From Octopus vulgaris (Eukaryota): a stretch of DNA of 64,000 nt. Every line of letters begins with the position of its first letter. Positions within the stretch are counted from its first letter, which is position 1. Below the pieces are notes generated by a model. The model ran no database searches and was not told where the DNA came from. It worked only from the letters and a program-made list of their open reading frames with translations. The position numbers were made by a program, and so were the translations under genes. The stretch lies in the NCBI GenBank assembly GCA_951406725.2, contig OX597821.1:86242001-86306000 (forward strand), given 5' to 3'. Positions 14,171 to 26,790 of the stretch are shown in pieces.

Positions 14171-14454
14171 CGTTCATCTCGATGTTGTCGTTATTACTCT
14201 TTGTTTATTGTTTTTAGATAAATTAATAGATAAATGTCTAAGAGGACATTTTTTATTAATTTCTATAGATGATACTTAATTGAGTTTTCACTTCACTATA
14301 TTACATAAGTGACAGCCTACTGCGCATGTATTTAAGTGCATGAACTCTCATTTGGGTTCTTTCTAAAGACATATAATAATTACAAGTGATTTATCTATTA
14401 TGCGTGTGGGAATATTTTGGGGTGTATCTTACCAGAAGGCCATGGTATTACATC

Positions 14455-14682
14455 AGGTTACTTCCAGTCTTACTGTGTAAGTTATCATAATGATCGTTAA
14501 CAAGAATGATTCATAGTGAGTCACGTAATTTAAAACCAAATACCTGCTAGAAATAATATAATAGCACTTGTGTAAGTCAGCGATTTCTAGCAGGTATTTG
14601 GTTTTAAATTACGTGACTCACTATGAATCATTCTTGTTACCGATCATTATGATAACTTACACAGTAAGACTGGAAGTAACCT
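14455..14682. repeat. 100-bp-arm inverted repeat
   Basis: 14455-14554 vs 14583-14682, one mismatch seen. Confidence 0.95.
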
Positions 14683-14845
14683 AATTTAGAGATCCGTGGA
14701 AGTAACCTAATTTAGAGATTCGTGTAAAGTAGAAAAGGTCTAATAGATACAAAGAGCTTTTATTAAGTGTACTTCTAACAGGTGCTGAAGGAAAATAGTG
14801 AGTACCTGCGCACTAAAAATATAGTATACTCAAACATTTGATATA

Positions 14846-15317
14846 TATTTCTTTACTACCCACAAGGGGCTAAACATAGAGGGGACAAACAAAGACAGAC
14901 AAAGGTATTAAGTCGATTATATCGACCCCAGTGCGTAACTGGTACTTAATTTATCGACCCCGAAAGGATGAAAGGCAAAGTCGCCTCGGTGGAATTTGAA
15001 CTCAGAAGGTAACGGCAGACGAAATACCTATTTCTTTACTACCCACAAGGGGCTAAACACAGAGAGGACAAACAAGGACAGACAAACGGATTAAGCCGAT
15101 TATATCGACTCCAGTGCGTAACTGGTACTTAATTTATCGACTCCGAAAGGATGAAAGGCAAAGTCGACCTCGGCGGAATTTGAACTCACAACGTAACGCA
15201 GACGAAATACCGCTAAGCATTTCGCCCGGCGTGCTAACGTTTCTGCCAGCTCACCGGCAGATGAAATACGGCTAAGCATCTCACCCGATGTGCTAACGTT
15301 TCTGCCAGCTCGCCGCC
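14846..15317 (-). mobile_element. SINE family B, multimer
   Basis: Two tandem bodies plus a duplicated head. Confidence 0.85.
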
Positions 15318-15381
15318 TTTCAAACGTTTGATATACTCAGCATTTGATATACTCAAACGTCAATACTACTCTAATGACATA

Positions 15382-15633
15382 ATGCTGCATTTACTTGTAT
15401 TTGTGCTCTCCTGTTTTGGTTCCAGTGTTTTGGCGGATGATTATTTCCATTCTCTTTATCTGGACCGCAACAAAACTTATCACCTTTCATGGAAATTTGA
15501 TAAATCTCATATTAAATTCCATACAGATGTTTAATCACTAGGTTACGTGGCACTAGGCTTCTCAATGGACGGTAGCCTGAAAAACGCCGATGTTTTCATC
15601 ACAGGAGTTTCTAACGGACAACCTTATTCTTCG
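15382..15633 (+). pseudogene. orphan inverted paralogous copy of monooxygenase exon 1 with in-frame stop
   Basis: MLHLLVFVLSCFGSSVLADDYFHSLYLDRNKTYHLSWKFDKSHIKFHTDV*SLGYVALGFSMDGSLKNADVFITGVSNGQPYSS|gtaggt aligns colinearly with exon 1. TAA at 15532-15534 replaces Lys AAA. No further exons found on +. Confidence 0.88.
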
Positions 15634-15689
15634 GTAGGTAAAATAATTTTACGTAAAACGCAATTTTAATCGTTTGCTACATGGACAAT

Positions 15690-15914
15690 ACTCTTTTACT
15701 CTTTTACTTGTTTCAGTCATTTGACTGTGGCCATGCTGGAGCACCGCCTTTAGTCGAGCAAATCGATCCCAAGACTTATTCTTTGTAAGCCTAGTACTTA
15801 TTCTATAGGTCTCTTTTGCCGAACCGCTAAGTTACGGGGACGTAAACACACCAGCATCGGTTATCAAGCGATGTTTTTGGGGACAAACACAGACACACAA
15901 ATATATACACACAC

Positions 15915-15990
<76 letters not shown>

Positions 15991-16129
15991 GACGGGCTTC
16001 TTTCAGTTTTCGTCTACCAAATCCACTCACAAGGCTTTGGTCGGCCCGAGGCTATAGTAGAAGACACTTGCCAAGGTGTCACGCAGTGGAACTGATCCCG
16101 AAACCATGTGGTTCGTAAGCAAGCTACTT
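15690..16129 (-). mobile_element. SINE family A
   Basis: Near-identical copy, 5' clipped. Confidence 0.85.
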
Positions 16130-16299
16130 TATTTCCTCAAATTTGCAATGACGGCATTACAAAGAAGAGCCGAACAAAGACAAACAAACATAAAAAGGTG
16201 AAGTAACTGCTAATCGATTAAAAACAGTCTCGGATGATTGGTGAATCATGAAACAATGAAACAATATATATAGTTTTAAAATATTTTAAAAATTTTACG

Positions 16300-19200
16300 T
16301 TCATTGCGATTTGCAAAGTATTCCCTACAGGCATCCGGCCACCTGGGTAGAACCTTTAGTTTTCGTCTTGAATGCACTTACTTGGTGCCAATTGCACCCA
16401 ACTTGCTTTCCACAGGTTTCCATCTTTTAACAAATATACCCCGTGACAGACACCTCTTCTCTATTGAGGGGGTAACTAAAGAAGTTGATCAACCCATGGC
16501 CAGGGAGAAAGGTACCTGTCACTATGCCTTTCACATGCGTCTTCCATACTGTTTCTTTCAGTATGGTTACTACGCAAAAAAAAACAGGCCTTCCTTTCCC
16601 TGCTAAGAGAAGGAGGTGGCACGATCTTGATGATAGACTCAGCCGATAGCTGTCCTCTTCCCATCACTGACATCAGTTGTTCGACGAAAGCTATCAGTCC
16701 CGATAATTCCGGACACTCCACGAATGCGTGCAAGACAGTTTCCCTATCCTGCCCACATCTCGGGCATGTCGGCGAGACGGCACTTCCGTGCCTTGAAAGC
16801 TTGTCACGAACCTAACGCCGCACAGAAGCACTGCCAAGCCAGGGATTTCTGGTAATTATCCAGATACCCCGGCCCGAACGTTCTCCTGAACAGGTTGATT
16901 AACTGATTTTCATCGTATCCCAGGGTCTCCCCCAAGGCGTCTTCGGACTTGGTCTCTACTAACCCGCTATAAAAAATCCGCGGTGGAGCTCCTGCTGTCG
17001 GCATTGCCCGTCTGAGAGAGTAGCTGAAGTGCCTGACGGCACTCCAATTGCCAGTTCCCCAGCCTAGGTTTCTTTTTGATCCACGCACCAACGTCCGTTA
17101 AGGACGTTAATTGTGGGAGATAGACCCGGACGTGCAGTGACCACACCTGCTCTCCATCCAGGTAAAGCCAGAGGTGCCTCAACCTCAACGCGAATTTTCG
17201 CATCTTCAGCCAAGGCATCCCTAACCCACCCTTTAGCGGTTTCTAGCAGCTGACAGAGCGCTTCACAAGTGGCTTTCCTCCCTTCCACAAAAAGCGGAAA
17301 AGGATTCTCTCCAATTTGTTCAGCCACAAATCGGGGCAAGGCACTACGGTCAGATGGTAGGTGATTACTGATGCTATACACATCTGCACCACCTCCGCCC
17401 TCCCTAGTAAGGATAACGCCCGCCCAGACCAGGTCTGGGTTAGAGCAGTCACCTTGCTGCCCACCTCACTCCAATTTTTCTCTATCTGGAGGTCTGGACC
17501 AATCCAAACTCCGAGCAGCTTAACAGGACTTTCCGTCCAACGCCCCACGACGTTATTGGACGACATAGGCTTGCCCCTCCAGGTGCCGAGTTGCAAACCG
17601 ACCGACTTGTCCTTGTTAACCTTCGCTCCTGCCACCTGACGCACTAATGTTCGATCCTGAATGGCTTCGAAAAGAAACCACTCACTTTCACGACAGACTC
17701 GATGTCGCTGTACAACGCAGCGATCCAACCGCGGAAGGTCGGGCCTAAGCCAGCCTTCTCGAGGACCGCCATAAAGTACCGATGGTCGACTCTATCAAAC
17801 GCGTTAGACTGGTTTAAATGTACCAGTGCCTCCCCCTGCGCCAGAAAGTTTCCTTACCCTCTCTAAGGAGTAGCGTATAAGATGGAGATTGTTGTGGATC
17901 GACCAGTCTGGGATGGCGCGCGTTTGCGCTTCCCCCACCATCCCGCCCATGACCCGCGCTATTGTTTGAATGTGCGTGGTCTGAGTTCCAAATGGAAGCA
18001 ATCTTTAACTCTGTGTTCAACAGAGTAATGGGCCTGACATTTTCTATCCCGTACCCTTTAATCGGGTCCTTCTTGATCAATCTCACCACCCCTCGGCTCG
18101 CAGACTTGGGAATTCTCCCGTTCTGCTGCCAATTGGCATAGACGCTGGCCAGCAGGTGCCCGAAAAAGTCTGGCATACTTTTATAAAATTCATAGGGTAG
18201 ACCATCGAGACCCGGCGACTTCGCCCAGCACTTCGATCACCTCCTCGGATGTGACTGGCCCTTCACAGCACTCAGCCTCTCGTGCCGACAGACACGGGCC
18301 GCCAGACAGGAAGTCCCTGAGGGCGTCACCATGATCCAGCGCCCCTCCCCTCCCGAACAACAAAGCGAAGTGCTTGTAAAGTGCCTCACACATCTCGCCC
18401 TGTCCCTCGACCGAACTCCCACTGTCGTCAACAAGATACCTTATTGTGGAATCGTTGCCACGCTGGGTCTCTACCGTACGGGCCCATCCGGCAACATTAA
18501 TCCCTTCACAGCCCAATGTACGCACTTTATCCCGAACTCTGCACCTCTCATACTTGGCTTTGATGTAACGGTCCAGGACCGTTCTCGTTGCCAGGATGTG
18601 GGATGCAGAGCCCAACCTCAACACCTCCTCTAAGTCCTTAACTAGCTTCCCTTCTATTCTAGCCTTAACTAGTCCTAGCTGGTGGCTAAACCTAATAGAC
18701 TCGAAACAAATGGCTCTCTTGAGGGCGAACTACCACCGGTTATTAACCACCAAGCCGGTCAACGCTCTCTGTACTAGCTCTTTAATTCGGCTACAGTATG
18801 CCTCGCAAGCCAAAATAGACTTGTTCAGTTTCCAGTAGCCGGATCCTCTCTTAACTGTCCTATCTATATTCAGCTTACACTTAACCATTTTATGGTCAGT
18901 GTTGGACACCTGAACAAGCTGTGGACAATTAAAATTATCCTTATCTGTGGCTCTTATGACTATCCTGTCTAGGTAAGACTTGAGCCTTCCGTCGCCATTA
19001 ATCTAGGTCCACTCTGGGACGTTCGGATGGTCAAGCCTGTACCGATCTGCCAGCTGAAAGCGCTTAAGTAGATTCACGTGGCGTGAGTTCTCCTTCCTAT
19101 CGATCGAGCCAACGCTATCGATGCCCGCATCAACAATAGCGTTAAAGTCTCCTAACACCACTAATGTCTTCGACGTCACGAGAAATTTCTCCAGAAATTT

Positions 19201-20040
19201 CTCGCCCTCCGGTCTGGCCAGGAGATATGATTTTCTCATAGCCATTCAGGAGCGGCGAGAAGGTTTGTAGACTGTCCAGCTTGGTCTCTGTAGCAACCAT
19301 CACATGTATATCATGTGATCTGAGATCGTCGAGAAAACAAGCTTGCTTCCATATCGAACTCAGACCACGCACATTCAAACAACCAAGGTTAAGCGCAGTC
19401 ATTAAAAAGCAAAAGTTCTACTTACTCTTTACGGGTGACGTTGAGGCTGACCTCACTGCAAGCTTGTCAACCCCTCCTTCCTCCTTCTTTAAATAATTTG
19501 GTAAATCGACTATCTTCCAGATGGTCGTTGAATGCTTATCCCTTAGTTGCCTGTATAAGGTTTCTTCTACCAAGGCACATCTCTTTTTGAGGTCTTTATG
19601 CATATCATATAATCTCGTCTTTGGGTGTAATGTCACAGTTTCGTTTATGTGTTGATTTTGAGTATCGAACTCGGATAACATTCGTTTTTTTTTCTACTTC
19701 TGGGACCATTGGGCGGGGTCTTTTTTTCTGTCTGTGGTGCTAGTTCTTTGATTTTTTTTGTACGGATGGCGATGGTGCCAATGTTCTCCTCCGCGTAACA
19801 ACAGAATATCCCTCCTCTGCCACATCCACGGTGTCGTCCGAGAGGGTTAAACGTTTTCCTTTCGGTGCCAATAAGGGGGCGGGTATTTTTGTTTTTGTTT
19901 GGGTGGTGTATGCAGGGTTGGGATTTTGAAGTATTTTGTTCAGGGGCCGGCACCGCAGTTGGTGGAGTGGGAATGTTTACTTGTGTGGGGACTGGTATAT
20001 GTGAAGGCTTGGGGACAATTTGAAATTTAAACATTTTTGC
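16300..20040 (-). mobile_element. L1/Tx1-like LINE, decayed (ORF1 tail + APE + RT + C-terminal Cys region)
   Basis: LNVRGL...ATETKL, VLGDFNA, RPITLLNTELKI, AFDRVDHRY and HAFVECP motifs spread over several frames. Confidence 0.9.
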
Positions 20041-20065
20041 TATCCTTTTGATACTTTATAATATA

Positions 20066-20299
20066 TCTATTTCTTTACTACCCACAAAGGGCTACACGCA
20101 GAGAGGACAAACAAGGACAGACAAACGGATTAAGTCGATTATATCGATCCCAGTGCGTAACTGGTACTTAATTTACCGACCCCAAAAGGATGAAAGGAAA
20201 AGTCGACCTCGGCGGAATTTGAACTCAGAACGTAACGGCAGACGAAATACCGCTACGCATTTCGCCCGCCGTGCTAACGATTCTGCCAGCTCGCCGCCT
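20066..20299 (-). mobile_element. SINE family B monomer
   Basis: Complete copy of about 235 bp. Confidence 0.85.
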
Positions 20300-21220
20300 T
20301 AGTTTACAATATATCATGCTTGCCAGTATCATAGACCTGGGTACTGAGTTTTGTAGAGTTATTACTGGAAGTACCATCCAGAGTGATGTGTCGGGTCTCA
20401 GTCAATCTAGTCGATGATAAACAGAACAAGAAAAGCAAAATAAGTAGAACAAAATGGCTTCTAAAACTATTTTTAGGTTTATTTATTGAAAAATTTTATT
20501 ACGTAGAAATAATACAAAAAGTATTTGAATGTTTGAACTTTATTGGAATCGGAGAATAACATGAACAAATATCACATTCTGTATATAAATCCTTTGTAAA
20601 GCAAGTAACACTGAATTTTAATTCATTATGGAAAATAAAGCTTTAACTCATTGGGAAAAATGAAGCTTATAAGAATCCCTTAATTCATATCACACCAGAT
20701 ACAGGTTCATTTTATGTCACATTTCGCCGATTACCTTATGCAATATTGGAAACTAAAATCGTATGCAATAATCAGAATTTGTCTTTATTGGTATATGCAA
20801 TTAAGTTAAAATTTTTACACACACGCGCTCATACAATCAGATACGTATGTATACGTATAAGTTTAGAATATTCATGAAAGATTTTCCTCAGCTATACATC
20901 AAAGATTACTTTTCATACTTATATAAGAATTGATATTTTATTAATATGATCTGCTCAGTATTTGTAAAAGTGTTAAATTAACCAATAAGAAATCGAAATG
21001 AAAATCATTCCGGTCTTTACGAAGAATTTTGCAGCTGAATTCTAGAAAATACAAAAAGAAAAAAAAAGAAGTGAAATTAGATTAAATAAAAAGAATTTAA
21101 TTCGAGAAGATCTTAAAAACTTATTTTTGCAAATTGAATTGAAAATATGATATTTTCCCTTTCGGTTTTCTAAATTTTGGGTGACCAAAAAACTGGTGGA
21201 TGGTACTACAACTACTTCTA

Positions 21221-21238
21221 TTAAGTCAGACGGCCAAT
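21221..21238 (-). CDS. candidate terminal coding exon B (IGRLT*)
   Basis: (CT)n tract + gtttag acceptor, phase 0, to TAA. AATAAA signals lie downstream on the minus strand near 20480-20500. Confidence 0.35.
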   Translation of the reverse strand: MGRLT

Positions 21239-21240
21239 CT

Positions 21241-21271
<31 letters not shown>

Positions 21272-22105
21272 CACACACACACACATACGTACAAAATACA
21301 CACGGACCTCTAACACCAAACACAACGGGTCACTCAACTAATTAGCGAAGCATCCATCACTAACATACTTCAACAATTAGCTCATAAACAAACCGGTTCT
21401 CTTTGTCTCTTCTATCGATTCTACAATAATTACTATTCTTCTTAACTAGCTAGTTGCATAATCTCACAGCCCAGCTTGACTCGTCTCACCTAATTTTCTT
21501 CTTCAGTTATTCTTACGGTATTCAAATCATGGAGTACCCCAACTTCCTATCCTGCCTCTCCAAAATTAGCTCTTCTGGAATCCCTCTTTGTCTACGTATT
21601 TTCTATACACGTTGAGTTAGAGATTATCAAGCTGAGCATAAGCAATATCAATCTCACCAGTCTATGAAGATTTAAAATGCCATAAGCACTACCATTTGTC
21701 CCCTGACTTATTTATATAAGAGAGAAGTGCAATATTTTGAAACTGTTAATTTGTTACAATAGTTTATAGTTAACTGAATGATATAGTTAATAATAGTTAA
21801 AATAAGTAATCCGACTATAATTTGTGAAAATACATTGGTTCACAGTTCCATTGCATGAATTAGTGCAGCAGAAATTATTTCAAGCATGTACTATTTTGCA
21901 TACACAGTAGAAGTCTTCATTGTTTTGAAACAACTTCACTACTTTTGCAACTATAATTAATTCCCATTCTCAAGGCATCTATCATTATAGGTAATGTTTT
22001 AATTTCCATTCTTCATGTTCTAGGTATGGCTCTTGCTACAATATTTAGAAATTTTCTCCATTTCTTTTGCAGATCCTTTATTGTTTATTTGAATTGATAC
22101 TTTGA

Positions 22106-22132
22106 CTATGAAGCACTTCGTTTCTTCTTGTC
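22106..22132 (-). CDS. candidate terminal coding exon A (DKKKRSAS*)
   Basis: ttttttgtgtag acceptor, phase 0, short ORF to TAG. This is the nearer of two candidate acceptors after exon 12. Confidence 0.4.
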   Translation of the reverse strand, partial: DKKKRSAS

Positions 22133-22562
22133 CTACACAAAAAACCCGATAGATTAACCTGAATTTACATGTCTGTGAATATTGTCGTATCTCAAAGTTT
22201 GGACCCTTTGTTCTTATCTTGTGCAGATCCAGTTTGCCTTTTATTCTTTTGGGGTTGATGAAATAAGTATCAGTTGGGCACTGTGGTCGATATGACTGAG
22301 TACCCACCCCCGCCTAAAATTTCAGGCATTTTCCCTACACTAGAAAGGATTTTCGTATTATTATATAATCACTTCCATCTGTTGAACAAGAAAAGGCATT
22401 AAACAAAAACTAAATCCACGAATGTGTCCTAATTAGTTATACGGTAACGGAAGTAAATATATAAGTAACTGGAGGATAGTGAGAAAGTGTATTGACTTGT
22501 TTGAATGTTTTAATTGAGAAACCGTATTCAAAATATTTTATTGTCGAAAATTAGATACTTAC

Positions 22563-22673
22563 CTTTGTAGGTGGTTGTTGAGTTGTAGGTGGTTGTTGAG
22601 TTGTAGGTGGTTGTTGAGTTGTCGGGTCATCAGATTTAATTAGCGGAAAAGCTCGATTCGTATACTTGATAAG
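22563..22673 (-). CDS. MOXD1: DBH-like monooxygenase exon 12 (PTTQQP repeat stalk)
   Basis: ttgtag|LIKYTNRAFPLIKSDDP(TTQQPP)x3TK AAG|gtaagt. 111 nt, open, phase 0/0. Confidence 0.7.
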
Positions 22674-23030
22674 CTACAAAGTTTTAGAATATCGATATCT
22701 TGTAACTGTATATTTTAAACTGTTATATACCAAACTAAATTGAGAATTACATAATTTAGTAAAGAATTATATTTCAGTAAATTTTCTACTGTAACTTAAA
22801 ATAGATTAGTTCAATATATCTTGATGAGAAGAAATATACAAGGCTTAAGATAGAATCAAAGACAAAACCCTACTCAATACCTTAGGTGTAATAAAAAATG
22901 ATCTATAAAATAAATATGATGAAGTGCAATTCGTGGGCTTTATTTGTAGATTCCTTTTGGTTAGTAGATAGTTAAGACACAAACTCAAAAATCTATCAAA
23001 GAAAAGAAGGAAAAGTAAAGTAACACTTAC

Positions 23031-23142
23031 ACTTGTCTTATTAATACAATACTGAGTAAAACCGACTTCGGGTTCCAAACCGTTGACTATTAATTCCATT
23101 TTTTTAACTGCACTTTGGTTATTCTTATATTGCAAGTTAGTC
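23031..23142 (-). CDS. MOXD1: DBH-like monooxygenase exon 11 (C-terminal region)
   Basis: tttcag|G-TNLQYKNNQS...FTQYCINKTS|gtaagt. 112 nt; phase 2/0 fits its neighbours. No conserved motif recognised. Confidence 0.7.
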
Positions 23143-23169
23143 CTGAAACAGATAATATTATATATTCAA

Positions 23170-23620
23170 GGACAGAGGCCGTGGTTTAAATAAGAGAAAT
23201 GAAAATAAACAAGAAGAAATGAATACAAAAACGGGAACAGCAGCGAAGGGTTAAAATGTACGGTCAGTTTGCAAGAGGTGTGAACGCCTAGACAGATACA
23301 GAGCACCAGTGGCTATGGGTGAAGGGTGTGATCTGAAGATAGAAACAGAAGCACTCATATGCGCAGCTCAAGAACGAGCTATGTGAAGTGAAGAATAGAC
23401 AACACTACTGACAGCAAAAAATGCAAAATGTATGGCGAGAGGGACGAAATGGTATGACACATCGTAAGCGAATGCCCGAAACTGGCACAACGCGGATACC
23501 AAAGATGCCATGACAATGGGGCAAGAATGATCCATTGGGAGCTCTGTGGAAATCATGGATTACAGAGAGCAAAGACGTGGTATGAGAACACCCCAGAAGG
23601 AGTCACCGAGAATGAGAATT
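23170..23620 (+). mobile_element. R4/Dong-like fragment
   Basis: WLWVK..LKIETEALICAAQE, HIVSECPKLAQ. Confidence 0.7.
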
Positions 23621-23854
23621 CTCAACTGATACTTTATTTATCGACCTCAAGAAGAATGAAAGGCCCAGTCGACCGTGGCGGAATTTGAACTCAGAGCACA
23701 AAGACAGACAAAATACCGCTAAATATTTTGCCCGTCGTGCTTAACGTTTCTGCTAGCTCGCCGCCTTGAAGCCAAATAGTAATAATATGAAAACTAGAAG
23801 AGGAACACTTCTCAATTAAAGATCGTAGTTTAGGGAAATCGCGCGCACACGCAC

Positions 23855-23901
<47 letters not shown>

Positions 23902-24160
23902 TACACGCTCACTGATATACAGAAATAGACATATACTCAAAGATTCAAAGATCAATAGTAGATAGCTGGAGGGGTGAATACACACACAGACACCAATGTG
24001 TATGCGTGTGCATGTATGTAGTGTGTGTGTTTGTGTGTGTGGAATGGTTTGAGCATGTGTGAAAGTAGAAGTATGTATGAATGAGTGTGAAGATAAATTT
24101 ATAGATAGATAGATAGATTGATTGATAGATAGGTGGGTAGATTGATACATAAATACATAC

Positions 24161-24270
24161 CCGATTAGTTTACGATCAAAATTTAAACCGCTATTACAAA
24201 GTTTTAGTTCTATTTCTGGATAATGCATGATGTATACTTGACACATTTCTTCCTCAGTGCTAAGACCACC
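24161..24270 (-). CDS. MOXD1: DBH-like monooxygenase exon 10 (CuM Met)
   Basis: ttacag|GGLSTEEEMCQVYIMHYPEIELKLCNS...LI-GG|gtatgt. EMC motif, 110 nt, ends phase 2. Confidence 0.92.
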
Positions 24271-24329
24271 CTGTAAAGAAGATAGATTTACAAAATGATT
24301 ATATAAGGTACGAAAACTACGTTAAACTT

Positions 24330-26335
24330 CACCAAATTTACCACGAGACAAAATACAAATGCGTGCCTCAGAACGGAGCCCCAACACGTTCACTTCTAGA
24401 AGTCGTTGCAGGTGGTGCAACCTGAATGTATGTCTACGCATCAAAAGCCACGACATACCTAAGCCGCCGCTCAGAAGGAGCTGACAGCTGACTGACCGCC
24501 TGACCATGGGAACGCGTCCCTTCCAGAGGAATATGAACAAGGGATACTCCAAATCGATCAAGCAAAAGCTGGGGCAAGGCACGATGATCAGACGATAAAT
24601 GATATAGGAAGCGATGTAGGCATTCACCACCTCTGCCCGACTTTCAAGGACATTTTCTTCTCAGCCCATTTCTGGGTAAGACTGGCCACCCTGTTCGTCA
24701 CTTCGTCCCAGTTCTTATTCACCTGGAGGTAGGGACCAAACCTGACCCCGAGCAGTTTAACTGGTCCGTCAGTCCAGCCTACGATGATGCCGTCTGACGG
24801 CATCGACCTGCCTCTCCAGGTCCCCAGTCGCAAGCCCACCGACCTCTCGGCATTGATTTTGGCTCCTGCAACGGACTCATATTCTTCTAGAATGGAGCCG
24901 ACAGTCTCCACTTCGGAGGCATCTGACACCATGATGGTGACTTCATCCGGGTATGCAGACACTGTTCTTCAAAGTCCCAGTTCCAGTAGGAAGGATCCTC
25001 TCCGATTGTTCCAACTTTCGTAGCAATGGCTCGAAAGCTCGAAAGTCATCACATACAGAAGAGGTAACAGCGGGTAACCCTGATGGACCGAGCGTGCGAT
25101 ACTAAACAGTTCCGATAGATGACCATTTACTTTGACCGCCGAGCAGATGTCACTGTGTATTGCAGCGATCCAGCCTCCGAAAATGGGTCCGAAACCGGCC
25201 GCTTTAAGGACGGCTTCCAGGTAGCGATGGTCGACCCTCTCGAAAGCTTTTGATTGATCCAAATGGATCAGGCCTCACCGAAGCCAACTTTAGTTTCAGC
25301 CTTCTCTATGATGTATCGCATAAGGTGGAGGTTGTCGTGGACAGACCTGTTCGCGATTGGGCACGTTTGTGCTTCCCCTAATAGACTACCAACGACAATC
25401 ACAAACCTTTTCGCTAACACCTTGGCCAAAATCTTTCACTTTGTGTTTAGGAGAATTATGGGCCGAAAATTCCTTAGTATGACTCCACTGTCGGCGTCCT
25501 TCTTAAGCAGTGTCACCACACCTCAACTAATTGCACTAGGAATTCTCCCGTTCTGTTGCCAATTGCCGTAAACGTCTGCCAAGAGGTCACCAAACAAATC
25601 CGCTATGAATACTTAGAATTCATAGGGCAGACCATCTAAATCTGGTGACTTGCGATTTGTGCAATTGCTCATCACCTTTCTTATTTCAGTGGCCGTTATC
25701 GGCTTTTCGCTGAAACTCGCCGCCAAGAACTGCAGCAGGCAATCTAAGTACGTACTAAAGTCTGCTACCGTCGTTGACCCATCGCTCCCTCCAGACAGTT
25801 GCGTGAAGTGCTTTTGAAAAGCCGCACACATCTGCTCAGAACAATTTAACACGCCCTCGTCCCGATCCGTCAAATATCCGATTGTGGTTTTGTTGCTACA
25901 TCTCATCTCCAGCGTTCAATCCCATCGGACGGCTTTAGTTTCCTCCTGTTTTAGCGCTCGGGCCTTGCTCATCACCTTTCTTATTTCAGTGGCCTTCATG
26001 TTTCGCCTCAAAGAAATAGTTAAGAGCCATTCTCGCCACTAACATGTCAGTCGCAATGCCTTTACTAATCGCCTCTTCTAGTTTGCTAACTAGGTTTCCC
26101 TGTAATCTTTCTTTCCGTTGCTGACTTTTTACTAAACTCTAGGGATTCTGCCTTAATCGCCCTCTTCAGGGCTTTACACTACCAGTAGTTGACTGCCGCT
26201 TAACTACTTCGCTTATCCGGTCTCTGTAGTCTTTGCACACCGGAAAGGACGCGTTCAACTTCCAGTAACCGGGTCCCTGGCTACGTGTCCCATCAAAAAC
26301 CGACTGAGGAGATCATAAATTGTGGTCTGTGTAGC
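24330..26335 (-). mobile_element. L1/Tx1-like LINE fragment
   Basis: KSPDLDGLPYEF, DQSKAFERVDHRYL, QGYPLLPLLY, SAYPDEV. Related to the 16.3-20 kb copy. Confidence 0.88.
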
Positions 26336-26790
26336 CGACTAATTTGGCGATCTCAATTATTAGGGTTCCATATTTGTCAACCTTTTCTCTTTTTTCATGA
26401 TAATATATTGATCTCCTGGCACTGTCCCTCCTAAATGTTGCTATATGCGGCCTTCGATGCTCTAACACCTTGTCTGTCTGGAAATCAAAGTCCCAGAGGA
26501 TCTTTGTCTTCTCGTTTTAGTCCATTATTTTTTCCAGTGTATGTTGGTACCAAACACTCGTTACCTGGTATCCATGTTTCCAGCATATTAACCAGTGAAC
26601 GTTTCGGGCTACCTTGCCGTGTCTGCGCTTGTACTCTTTCTACGCAAGACTTTCACAAGCACTAACAATGTGAGTCACGTTTTTGATTTTCGTCCTACAT
26701 ATTCTGCAGAGTTTCGTTGCACTTGTGTGATATAGATCCCCTTTTAATGGGTTGGTACTCTTGGGGAGCGATGCTTAGGCTTTTTTTGCA
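26335..26790 (-). mobile_element. R4/Dong-like fragment
   Basis: Inverted homologue of about 30850-31220. Confidence 0.7.
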
